A program made the translations under genes and the position numbers. The notes beneath the pieces were generated by a model that searched no databases, was not told where the DNA came from, and was given only the letters and a program-made list of their open reading frames with translations. Positions 22,944 through 34,700 of a stretch of DNA of 64,000 bases are shown here, in pieces (the first letter of the stretch is position 1; each line of letters begins with the position of its first letter). The DNA comes from Hyphochytrium catenoides (Eukaryota; Protista; Hyphochytriomycota), in contig FLMG01001116.1 of assembly GCA_900088475.1 (NCBI GenBank), positions 33,013 to 97,012 of the forward strand, in the 5' to 3' direction.

Positions 22944-25900
22944 CTACATCAGTTCGCTGAGATAGTCAAAAAAGTCTCCTTCATATCTCGTACATTTGGT
23001 CCGATGCACCTTCCAAATGGTGGGCATGCTAGCCAAGAGTGTCCGGGAGTGCGACACCACTATTACCGTGCCAGGGAACTCTGCCAGCGCACCGACTAGG
23101 GCATCGACGGAGTCGAAGTCTAAGTGGTTTGTCACCTCATCCAGCAGCAGGATATGGGGGTTCTGCATCGTCAGGAGAGTGAGTGAGACCCGTGCCTTCT
23201 GGCCCCCACTAAGAGAGGACATGGGCTTGATAGCCAGAGAGGCAGGGATACCGAAGGATCCAAGCCTTCCTCTTAGGTCTTGCTCTTTCTCCAAAGGAAA
23301 GAGGGATTTTAGGAAGGCCAATGGAGAAAGGGATAGGTCGAGGGTATCAACATCATGCTGCAGGGTAGTCGTAGGGAGAGAAGGGTCCAGTCGTGAGTCG
23401 TGAGGGATATTAACAATGGATAGGTACAGGACCATCGGTGTAAGAAAGTCTGGGTAGGAGACAAGAAAAGAGGATGACGAATGAAGGGAAAGAAGGAAAG
23501 GAACGGGACGGCGTACCAAAAGCCCCTTCAAAGGGGAAGCTGTGGCGAGAAGAGAGATAGAAAGGATAAGCAAGTAAGACACTACCAGAAGCAGACGCGT
23601 TACAGCATATATAAGATATTGACCTCTGTTTTACCTGTGTGAAGTGTGCGACCTTTGCCTTGTGATGTAGCCATACTTCCCCAGTTTGAGGCTTGATCTT
23701 TTGCCCCACCAGGCTCAGCGAGGTGGTCTTTCCAGAGCCATTGAGACCCACAATGGCGATCTTTTCTCCTAAGGACAAGAATCAATGCCCGAAGAAACCA
23801 CTATTTGAGTTGAGGTCTAAGGCAACCAGATAGAAGAGTCCGAGACGCAAACGCCAAAGGACAGTAACAGAAGGCCCAGATATAGACTTTTAGACTACAG
23901 ATGAAAGACGACCCAGGGCAACGCTGGAGTGTGGACGCACGGGGAAGAAAGCTCCAAATGAGAGATGAGAATCAACCTACTGATAAACTAATTGGAAACA
24001 ATAGGGGCAACTGCAGGTGCAAGCTCTAGGGCGGAAAGTTGATAATAAGAGACCAGCACGTGCCTACCAAATTCAACATTCATAGTGACATCCTTCAAGA
24101 TACATTTGTCGCCGTAGGCAAACGTTGCATTTCGAACCTGCAGGTGGGAAGAGTAAGTATTTGGCAAGCCTTACAGGGTGATACGACCGCTGTGGCGGCC
24201 ACTGCAGACTCGGTGGCCATAAAAGTCAACCAGGCAAAGGGGCCAACTGTAATGTTAGCCGAAAGCCAAAGAGATTTAAGCATCAGCAACCTTTTGCCAC
24301 AGCAGAAGGAGCCCAAGAGATAGAAGGGGACCAGCATCGTCGTACCGCATACCTGAAGAATGGAGGTGCCGCTTCCGATTGGCTCAGGACAGGGAAAAAT
24401 GAACCTGATCTCCGGATCTCTTGACATGGCCAGTGACCTACTCAAACACATCCATCTATTGGTAAGAGCGGGGAGGGGGATCACCATACCCGTGGTTGAG
24501 CTTTCCTACCTTGCCTGCATCGTCCCGCCCTTACCCCAGCCCATGGCATTCTCGTTCACGGAGCCAATACGAGGGACGCACTAGAGGGCGGAGGGATGTT
24601 AGACAAGAGCGCACAGAACATCCACCAAGTGGACAAGAAAGATGTTTTATGGTTGTGGGTTGCAACTTACCGTCTGCGTAGATTCACAGGGGGGCGCGCG
24701 CCCAGGCAAGTGACAGTCATCGACAACAGCATCGCGAGAAAGCAGACATCCGTGAGCAGTTAGTCATCGCCAGAACAGACTTCCATATGTGAACACGGAC
24801 TTACATTCTGGACTTTAAAGCGGTGCCCATGCTCATCCTTTTCCATACCCATCCTTCCTAATTTCTTTCTTCGAGAGGCCACCTTCAACATAAAGAGCTT
24901 TCTTAGTCTCTGTTTTCTAACCCTGCAACTCAATCTTCTGTTGTTCTCCCGTCTTCCCCCTTCTTTATCACGCTCTCTCTCTCTTTGTCTTCCATGGGCC
25001 TGACACTGGTGTTAAGCTATGGGTACCTGTCCTCCTCTTTTCTCATCTTTCACGTTTCCCAGCATAGACTTCTGCATGTTTTTTATACTCTGCTCAATAT
25101 GTGCTCTTTTCTTGTCTAGATTGGCTTGAGTACTAGCAAGGAACTTCGACTTGTTCTCAAGCTGCTCTTCATACTCAGATAGCGTTCCTACGACATGCAA
25201 AGCGCTGCTTAGAGGTCCGCGATACAGCTTTCTTGCCACCCGAAAGAGGCAAATTAGTTGACCGATGCATCTTTTCAGCGATGAACTTCACAGAAGGTGG
25301 GAGATGTTACAGACGATAGCAGATGCATAACCAAATCCTTCGTCTCACCACTGTAGTATGTAAGGGTCCCCTCTCTGAACGTGATAATATCTGTGCACGT
25401 ATTCTCCAGAAATTCTCGATCGTGGGAGATAATTAGGACAGTTGATTCCAGGCTCTGAAGATAGTCCTCCAGCCATAGGACAGCTTTCAAATCTGAAGCG
25501 AGCCGCATGAAGTCATAAAAGTGTCTAGACAGCCTAAGGACCCAATTGTGCGAGGGAAATGATACCAGAGTATGCGGTTCATTGCCTCTTGAGCTAACGA
25601 GGAAAGGCATCAAGGAAGGAAGCGAGTACAACAGAGAGATAGAAAAGGAAAAGATAAGGAGCGTACCTAGATGGTTGGTGGGTTCATCCAAAATGAGAAA
25701 GTCTGGTTTTATAAAGAGGGTCGTGGCAAGGGCCAAGCGCATTCTCCAGCCACCTGTGTAGTCAAGCAAGCCGAAGTCAAGGCATTAGACGTGGGGACTC
25801 TGTATGAGATGGTTTGGGCAGTTCAGGTCGTGGTGGCCAGGAGGCCAACAGCACGAGGAGGAGTAGAGTGTCTGCGCAGCCTGACCAGATAATTCCTTTG

Positions 25901-27486
25901 TCTTCTTCGCAAGGTTGAGCTTCCTAAACCCGAGACCATGAAGAATGTCCAGTGCTCTCTTTTCAGCTGTTGCGGCTTCCAAAAACTCTAGCTCTTCATA
26001 AACAGAGTGCAGCAGCTTCTCCAGCTGCTCTGGGGTCCCTGAAACAGTTCGAAGTAGCATCAAAGATCACAGCAAGGGTTACGGTCAGAGTAGAACGCGA
26101 GATACTATAGATTGAGAGTGGCACTGACAATCATCGCTGCCACCCCGCTTCTCGAAGTCGCCCTGTTCCAGAATATCTCGGAGTTGTACTAGCTGCGTGA
26201 GGCGCTTGTGTCCAGCAACCACTGCCTCAACCGCTGCAGGTATCAAATTGAAGTTGACGAGCCATAAGATACATTTAAATGTGAGAACAGGATAATTGAG
26301 AACAGGACATAAATCTAAACTAGCAGTGACCCGCAAGGCAGCTAGAAGGCAGCCGGAAAATTTTTGGCTAGGTAGAAAGAATCAGAGGAAGTACTAACGA
26401 GATTTATCATCGCCGACCGCTTCCTGCTCGACCAGTAGCACAGAGACATCACGAGGAAAGCCGGGGAGGTTTCCTGAAGCTATCCTTCGTGCCAGGGTAG
26501 TCTTTCCCACACCCTACAGATCAATAAAAAGACCAATGGGCGATAAAGTCATGCCATGAGAACCCTTTACAGGCATACAAGGTGCGAGAAGATATATCTA
26601 TGCCTGTTGTTCCCCGCCTGGTCGTTTACAATCTTTCTGTGCTTTCTCCTGAGCATAGTTCTACGTCTTCCCAGATCAAGTTCCGTTGTGCGCGATAACT
26701 TACATTTCGTCCTAGTAATCCGTACCGATGCTGGTGTATGAACCGAAGCGTGGTTCTATTGAGTAACACTTGGTTATTGTAGGCTAACGTCACTCCTTCC
26801 ACTACGATATCTCTTCTTCCTTCCGTCACAAGTCGGACTCCTCTCCCTACATGTACCTCCTCAGGTCCCAAGACAATCACGAGGATGCATTACAAGCTCT
26901 GTCTCTTACCTCCAAATGCTCTTCCGCCCCATTTCCGAGAGGTTGCCTTGGCCTCTTTCCAGGCGCTTGACCTTCACGCCAAAAACTTTGTTTCAGTATA
27001 TAAAAAGAGTGGCAGGAGAGCACATAAACAAAGACTTCGGGGCAGGAAGAGGCGTAGCCTCGACGAGTGGAAGGGAAGCGTAATCAACACGGAGAAGGGT
27101 GGTGATGAGGAGTGACTGGAAGAGTAACGGCCAGCCATACGCATGAGCGAGTGGCCCCGTGGAAGCTGCTTGGGAAGGATCGTCAAGGAAAAGACTTGGT
27201 ACCAGTCATCCAGTTCATCTAGCTCTTGATCTCGAGAGTCCTCCACCAGACCACATTGCATTAAGGCCTTCGCAATCACATCCACCTCTTCCGTCACACT
27301 CTGATCCCCCAGCATACATTCAGAATCAGCTCCCTTGCTGCCGTTCACAGGGGAGTAAGTGGCATCAGGTCCGTCGGCTTCTCTCCCTGAACCGTCTCCA
27401 CCTGTTCCCTTCTTGGTCTCATCATCTGGAGCTCGTTTTGGAGCATTTCGTGACTTTCTCCTTGCATTTTTCGACACAGGCGGCAT
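22944..27486 (-). CDS. ABCF-subfamily soluble ATPase (ABCF3/GCN20-like), multi-exon
   Basis: There are two NBDs and no TM domain. NBD1: [15 protein letters not shown] / [12 protein letters not shown] / [11 protein letters not shown] / [12 protein letters not shown]2: [13 protein letters not shown] / [11 protein letters not shown] / [11 protein letters not shown] / VVSH. Confidence 0.9.
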
Positions 27487-29309
27487 CTTGGCAGCAGCTG
27501 CATAAATGCGCCAGGTGGTAAGTACGATTACTTTTAAAAGAGGAGCTAACCCGACGAAACTCCTACAATAACTATTGCAATCAGCCCTATACACATGGGT
27601 GCTCCACTTACTTTAGCTCCGCAAGGTTCAACGGCAAAACTCCACCAAAGCAGAGAGTGACGATGATGAGTTGGTGGTCGGCTATTCTTTACGTGGCCTG
27701 TTGTTCTGTTTGGCTCGCTTTTTCTCCCTTCTGTGTCCGCTGTCCTCTTCTCTTCTCGTCCTCGCGGAAGAATACTATCTGTCCTCAGTACCCTAATGCA
27801 AGCGTTGTGTTGCTTCTCACTCTCTTCTCCTCCCTCCTCTTCGCCCACGCGCCTTCTATTTCCCTTTCGTTTCTGCAATCACAACTTCTGCGGCTTCTTG
27901 CTTTGCTTTACCTAGCTTCTGTCGGTGGCCGTAGATGCCCTAACCTCCTTCACTCTCAATAATTGCTCCTTGCTGCTGCTGCTGCTGGCTGCTTCGGGCT
28001 GCTGCTGCTAGCTGCTGTATGATGAGCGGAGGATAGCACAAGACCTTCGAAGAAACGGTCTGTGAGAGAGAGAAGAGTTGCGGTTTGTGGGAGATGGCGA
28101 GAAAGAGGGAGCAAGAGAGGAATGCACATGAGGGAGAGAGAACCGAAACCGGGGGAGACAGAGAGGGCTAGAAAGAGCAAGAACTTGTACGAATCTGTCG
28201 AGACAGTGTGGGTCAGCTATCTTGTCGTACTGTAGCTCCTGAATGATTGATTTCTTTCGTCAGGATGGGGAGGAAGTGGCTGGGTTCTGTGCAAAAGAAT
28301 GGGGTGATGGGGTGATGGGGGACGAAGGAAGATTTTTCTAAGAAAAAGTGAGGCTGGAGGTGGAGAGAAGCACTGCAGAGCTCCCCTTGGATATGACGAC
28401 ATGATCCCCCTCCTTCAGCCCTTTCTTGAGATAATAAGAAGTTTGAAGATTCTATTTTTTAAATGCGTGGACTTGTATCGGTCTCTTGTCCGCCTCTTCG
28501 TTCTTCTTATTTCATCAGTACCAATAAGGCCTTATTTCCTAGTGAGTAGCAGCCGCTTCACGATATCATAAAGTTCTTCGATCGCCAAGCTTGAACTTTC
28601 CATGCCTCTTAATGCTTAAGTCAGATGCTTCGTTTTCACGACACCTGCTGCTGCCCGAAAGACCGAGGTTTCTTGTTATACATCGATGATTATGATGAAC
28701 TAGTATTAATAATAGCTACTCCTACTATTTTTATGTTGCTATTGCTGCCACATATGCGATGGAGATGCAAAAGTGACCTCCTCTGGATGATGCTTAGAAG
28801 AGAATTATATCAATACCTTGCTCTTCTTTTTGTGGAAATGGCTTTTTTGTGTCTTCAATCCTCCGAAAATAAGGTTATCGTGAGGTTTCCTCATCAGGAT
28901 TCGTGGAAGGGTGCCCGTCATTGCGCCTCGACCAGCCCCTGTAATAGAGACTCTTCCGAGGGATAATGCGGGCTTTGGGAGGGGCGGCGATGAATAAAGT
29001 AAATTGGGGATCACTTGTAGAAGAAGGACCACGACAAGAGCAGGCCTCGGTGGCGGCTAAAAAAAGAGGAACATCACTTCGAACTCTTGACGAACTTTTC
29101 TCGTCTGTTGCCTTGTTTGCTGAACTCGCAACTGGTAATATAGACCTTGTTTTGCTAAAGTGTGTCCGAGCTTGACACCTTCTCTTCCTATCGACCCTTA
29201 AAAATGGTCTCTTGCAAATCTCGAAAAGCTCTCTGTCTCCAAGCGTTGGACCAATCATTACCTCCGCTTCTCGTTCTTCTTTGTCTTGGCACTTTCAGAT
29301 TATTATATC

Positions 29310-29390
29310 TTGTAACAAACTCCCTGGCATATCTACATCGTGGCAGTTCTTTGTCACAACGAGTAGACTTTCCTCGTAAGAAAGTCATGG
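29310..29390 (-). pseudogene. Degenerate Zn(II)2Cys6 binuclear-cluster-like DNA-binding domain relic
   Basis: The minus frame reads TFL-RGKSTR-C-DKELPR-C-RY, and after a 1-nt shift C-QGV-C-YK. The x6-C-x6-C-x2-C spacing fits a Zn cluster, but the first cysteines are lost and the surrounding frames are broken. Confidence 0.4.
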
Positions 29391-30877
29391 TTCCTGCTAG
29401 GTGCAACGTGCTTGTATAGTAAGTCGGAACTAGACTACATCAACGCGAGTAGTCCAGGTTATCCTGGTAGTCCTAAGAACGATTTGTCGCAGGCTCGTGG
29501 CTGACTGTTGAGTCTATGTTTTGCGTCCTCAATGATAATTGGCAGCCTGCCCCTCTCGAAGCGACACAGCTTTCTCAACTCTGTCGAACAATAGGGAGAT
29601 ACGGTTGACAAAGAAGTGGCTCGCTATTTCTCCCTTCGCAGATCGCGGGCTGATTGCAGCCTCTATGGCTGGGATTTAAAAGCTGGTGACTGGTGACTCG
29701 ATGGTCTTCAGTAGTCAGATCTCTTGGTCAGCATCATCATCCATTCACAGAGCTTCACACAGAGCAACAACAGTGTTGACGCTGTGCTGACTTTATTAGG
29801 CGAATGCCGCGAGAAAGGCGGCGGGATCAGGCTACTACACTCCAAGCTCCACTTTGTCAGACCACAGCTCGTACATTTGCAAGGCAAACTCCGTGCTAAT
29901 TTAGAACATAGCATTTGGAAAGCCTTCCAATCCTAAACTCCCATATATTTTGTTCCCGCATATTGATAGACCCACCCAAGTGACAAGCCAGTTCATTTCT
30001 GAATGCTGATTGGCCATGGCTCCTCATCTTTGGTCTCGGATTGGCCATGAGGGAAGGGCTTTAGGTTTCCCACAGCCCCCAGCGTGCCTTCTTACTCATA
30101 CAACTCTCAAACCCTTCAGTTCTATACTTGTTGAACATGTCCGCATCTTCACACCACCACAGCTTCCTCGTGCGACAATTTATGGAAGACACGAACTTAA
30201 AATCGCCATGGTAAAACAGGAGGCCTGCTCTGCTAACGCTTTGTATCTGTAAATAGCAAGGTACCAGTTCCCTACCAGTCCCCATCGCAAAGTATAAGCC
30301 GCCTATTAGTGGACGGCTCGGATCTTCTGCGTATCCTCTGGAGCAAGGATCAAGGATGAGCTGTGGGAGCATAACGGTCTCAGTGTGTATCCTTGCTCCT
30401 TGCTCTGCCTCGCAGTCCTGCGACACAACAGGGCAGGTCGAGAGGATGATGGACCGGCGAGCTCTTTGTTCTTTATAAATTGCCGCTCTCCATCCTCCAT
30501 CAGTCTTCTCTCGCCCACTTTGGTCCCTTCTAGATCTGGCTGTCTCTCTGCTGGTACCCTAAGGCAAGGTGTTCTTACTGACGCATTGCTTCACGTCTTT
30601 GTAGTTCCCTCCTCGGTCTCCCGCCTATCCTTCGGTCCAACCCCTCTCATTCATCTTCTCCCCTCCTGCCGCACCTTGCTTTGCTTTTCGTAGCGGCGGG
30701 GACTTCAAGCTTTTTTCGCGCCTTCTCAGGAGCAACGGCTTTTTATGAAGCTTCTCTCTTCCGCAAGTGCAGAGACTGTGTAATCGGCCAAGGGCATATT
30801 ACTTAGATCTTCGTTAGAGCAATCTCCATCTTCTTCAGAGCTTAATCTATCTGCGAATCAAGCTCCACCAGTCAACA

Positions 30878-31534
30878 ATGTTGGAGGTCATGCAGTCTGT
30901 CTGCAAGTGGTGCACCATCCGAATTGGCTTCGGCATCGCCGCGATACTCCTGGGAGCCGTCATGGCCATCGTTTGGCCTGCGACGATGATACCCGGGTTA
31001 TCGATTGGCGCAGTGGGCTTGCTTGTCCTATTCTGGGGTCTGTGGCTGAAGCGCAAGGGGAATTGCGAAGCAAAGCCGATTACGAAAGATCAAGGTGACT
31101 TTTGGCATTCATGCAACGACGTGGACCTTGAGGCCAAGGGTGGCCAGGTGTACTCGTGTGTCCAAGTCTCTCGCAGCCTGGCGAAAGTTTCGAGCTATGT
31201 GACGGACCGCGTACGCCCTGACATTCTAGCACGAGCATGGGCCAGCTGCGATTGGCCAGGGCTCGCAGAAGCAGTAGGCGCGGTATACGTACTCAAAGAT
31301 TCAGCCAACGGCAGGACTCTACTAGGTGCCTCTGCTTACCTATCAAACGAAGACCGACCAGTAGTCTGGATTAAGGTTGGAAGTAGTAAGGGGGAGCTTA
31401 CACTGCCCCAGGAGACGACGGAGCTTCGCAAAATTTTTGCCTCTACCAGAGCGTTTGCCCATACCACTCTGAGTGAAGGAACCTATATCCCTGTGTGCAA
31501 GCCCAAGTACGTCAAGGGCGAATGGGTCGACTAG
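30878..31534 (+). CDS. Intronless 218-aa hypothetical protein with two N-terminal TM helices
   Basis: A clean ATG-to-TAG ORF with hydrophobic stretches IGFGIAAILLGAVMAIVW and IPGLSIGAVGLLVLFWGLWL followed by KRK. I recognise no family. Confidence 0.55.
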   Translation: MLEVMQSVCKWCTIRIGFGIAAILLGAVMAIVWPATMIPGLSIGAVGLLVLFWGLWLKRKGNCEAKPITKDQGDFWHSCNDVDLEAKGGQVYSCVQVSRSLAKVSSYVTDRVRPDILARAWASCDWPGLAEAVGAVYVLKDSANGRTLLGASAYLSNEDRPVVWIKVGSSKGELTLPQETTELRKIFASTRAFAHTTLSEGTYIPVCKPKYVKGEWVD

Positions 31535-31785
31535 AGCTGAATGGGAATGCATCCTCTTTTCCAAAACCTCGGTCACTGACCTTTATTTATTCTACGGGGG
31601 TGGTCAGTCCGTTACGGTGGAGTGGACGGCTAGGTTAACAAGGCCTATTCTTGCTTGTTCCACCATTTCCCCCAGTCCCAAACTTTGAATGGAGTTATAT
31701 GAACAGACTATTAGACATTAACCATATGTACACATGAGTTTATATGTAGACCGGTTGACACCCTCATAGAGCCCTCTTGACCTTG

Positions 31786-34700
31786 CTACGTAGTCGTGCT
31801 TGCGCTACTAGTTCGCCAACTTAATGGACAAATGTCATCGGCCGGTGTTAGGGGATGATTCCAATGCCTCTCCCTCATCAAAGAGAAAAAATCGTGAAAG
31901 AGAGGGCTTTGCCTTAGGGTCTGCTCAGACCCAACCATCACAAGCTTTGACTTTGCCCTGTGGGAAATTGGAGAGGAAGAAACCTATTAGCAAAAAACAT
32001 CTCGGGTCTCTCTTTGAGGCTATTTACTCAAACAACTATTGGCATCCCTTGATACCTTGTGAATGCCACATTAGCTCTTCTCCAGTCCTGAAGAAGATTT
32101 CCGACATTGGGACAACTGCTAGTGTTCGACCTCGCAAGTGAGAGAAAGACGCATTCCTTGTCTCGGCCCTATCGCAAGAGAAATCAACACTTAGTAGGAA
32201 CCAACCAAGCAATTAGTGTAAAGAGTGTATGAAGCAGCAGCTAGCTGCGAGATCGTGGCAACAGCGCCGTAGTTCCAGGAGATTTTAGCGCTGAAGGGAG
32301 GTACCTGTGACTTGTCGATGGTGCTGATCTCAACGGCGGTGAATTCCTTCAGTGCGTGTTTTAGGTGTTTAACTTGTGCTCTGTACGGCGAATAAACCGC
32401 TATATCCCATTGTCGCACACCTGAGCGCACCAACTCCTCAACGCAACACCCTATGATAAAGATTTCCGCTGGGCTGACATTGGGGACGTCTCCTAAGAGG
32501 CCAAGAAGGTTGGATATACGCAGGGTCAAGAGAAGCGCGGTGCAACTATCTTAGGAGCGATCAATCAACGTCTAACAGAGAATGTCTAAAGATCAACCTT
32601 AAAAGACATCATGTAACACGAGTTCAGATTGTCTAATGGTGGAAAAGTGATCAGTCCACTGAGACTCAAACCTGAACACCGCACGCGTTTGAGAGGAAAT
32701 ATTGAGATGTAGGTTACCTTGCAGACCCATGTATTGCCTAGCTTCTGTTCGTGGGGAGAAAGAGCAGTGTAGGAGGTTAGATCTTTCTCATCAATGTCTT
32801 TCAGGCTTACGAAGTACATGCCTGGAACCGTAGCTGCATCTCTATCAATGAAGGCCACAACGGTCTCAGGCCTCAGGACATTGTAAATCCACTTCCCAAT
32901 ATTATGTCTTCTTGCGTCCTCTCCATCTGTACGCTGTCTCATGCCCACTAAATCAGGGATAGTTAATGTTCTGGTCGCAACTGCCTCTGTCCCACATCGC
33001 AGTTGCAGTGCATAAATAAGCCTATTACTAATTTCCATGATATCGCGATGCATTCTGTACTGGAAAGTCAGGCGGACCACAGCCTGCGGCCATGCCTCTG
33101 AGAGTCTGCGAGCAAGTACGTCAGAACTCCACTGGTCGCGAGCTCAATGAACTAGGAGACAAACACAAGCAGAAGAGACCTCGAGAGCAGCATCGCCGGT
33201 TATGAGCGAGGAATTGGTCAGATGAAGAACCAGACTTCAAGAAAGCAGAAAGAAAGCGCGTTGGTGGGGCACGGCAAGCTATCGCTCGGGAAAGGGAAGC
33301 AACTGACCTTCTGAAGAGACTGATATCCATCCCGGATTCCTGTGCTTCAGCATCGGCCACAAGCGGGGGGAGCTGATAATGATCTCCCACTAAAATAAAG
33401 GTATCGGCGCACCTATCGGTGACGGTAACTGATGAGAGCAAAAATGGGAAGTACCCCGCAAATGCCAAGAACAGACAACATCGAAAGAGAATCGATGGCC
33501 CCAGCCATACACCCTGAAAAAACGGAACAAAGGGGTCGAGAAAGTGAAGCGACCTGAGATATAAGACCATTATGAACTTTACAAAAACTACTCTCGCTTC
33601 CATAAGGTTATCAGATAGAAGAGCGCTCTCACCGAAGGGGGCCCAGATTGATGGGCTGAGTGATCTGAGAGGCCTCGTCAACGATACAATAGTCAAACCG
33701 CCTCTTCGTGAAGACGACGTGGTTCACACCTAAAACAGAGAGCCAACACATGAGAAGACGTAACGTGCACTAGGATGGCGGAAAGGGAGGCATACCGAGC
33801 GCAGTGACTCCGACAACTCTTGCGTTCATCACCTCCTGCTCAAGCTGAGATACAGTCCTGCTACGCAAAGAAGGGGTAATGGTGGGGTGAGCAATTGAAC
33901 TTGTCGCAGTCAAAGCGCAACATTCTGCTGCTCTCCCTCTCTTGTCATGTTTGTTCAAGTCCCGATCAGACTGCTAATGCCTAGGTTGTTTATGATCCAT
34001 CCTCGCTCTATACTAAGTGCGTCCTTGATCTCCGCGTCTCCCAATGGGTTCTTCCTGCTCATGACTAGCGCCACTTACCTTAACGATGCACTTCTTGCAT
34101 CCAGTGTACTCTTTTGAATGGATGGATGGGTTTGACTCGCCCTTCCGATTCTTAAAACAGGGACGCCAGCCCGATCTAACTTAATTAGCAAGTTGTCCAC
34201 AGCGGAATGCGTGTAGCTGCTCAGGAGAACGGATAGACCCCGGAAAAGCAGCACGCGCACAATAAAAGCTGCAGTGTAGAATGGTTGTGAGTGAGCGAAT
34301 GCAGGGAAAATAACGTAACCCAAGTTTCCCCGTTTGCCGGATGACAGCTCAGAAAGGGATCACAGCGATACGCTAAGAGAGAAGAACGCGATGGTGATTC
34401 TCTGAGCATTGCTGAGCGTGGGGAATCACCGTAAGAAAGAAAATTCTTTATGTGAAGCGCAGGGATAAGAGAAAAAAGGGACTACCTACAGATTGTATGG
34501 GTTTTTCCTGTTCCTGGCATGCCAAGGATGAGCATGTAGTCAAGGCAACAGAGAGCCTTTTCAACTGCTTGCTTCTGGTCAATATTCAGGACTGAATACT
34601 CATGTCTGATATCTTCTGGCCAACACGACATCCTGAGTGTAGTTACAGGATTAAGTGCGTCAAGATGGTAAGCCATGGAACGAGGATGAAGCCGAGTAAG

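Noticed and set aside
34391-34432. Hairpin ggtgattc...gaatcacc in a DNA2 intron, superficially like the end of a TPP riboswitch
   Set aside because: It lacks the GCUGAGA and CCUGAU cores, pairs better on the non-coding strand, and the host gene is unrelated to thiamine.
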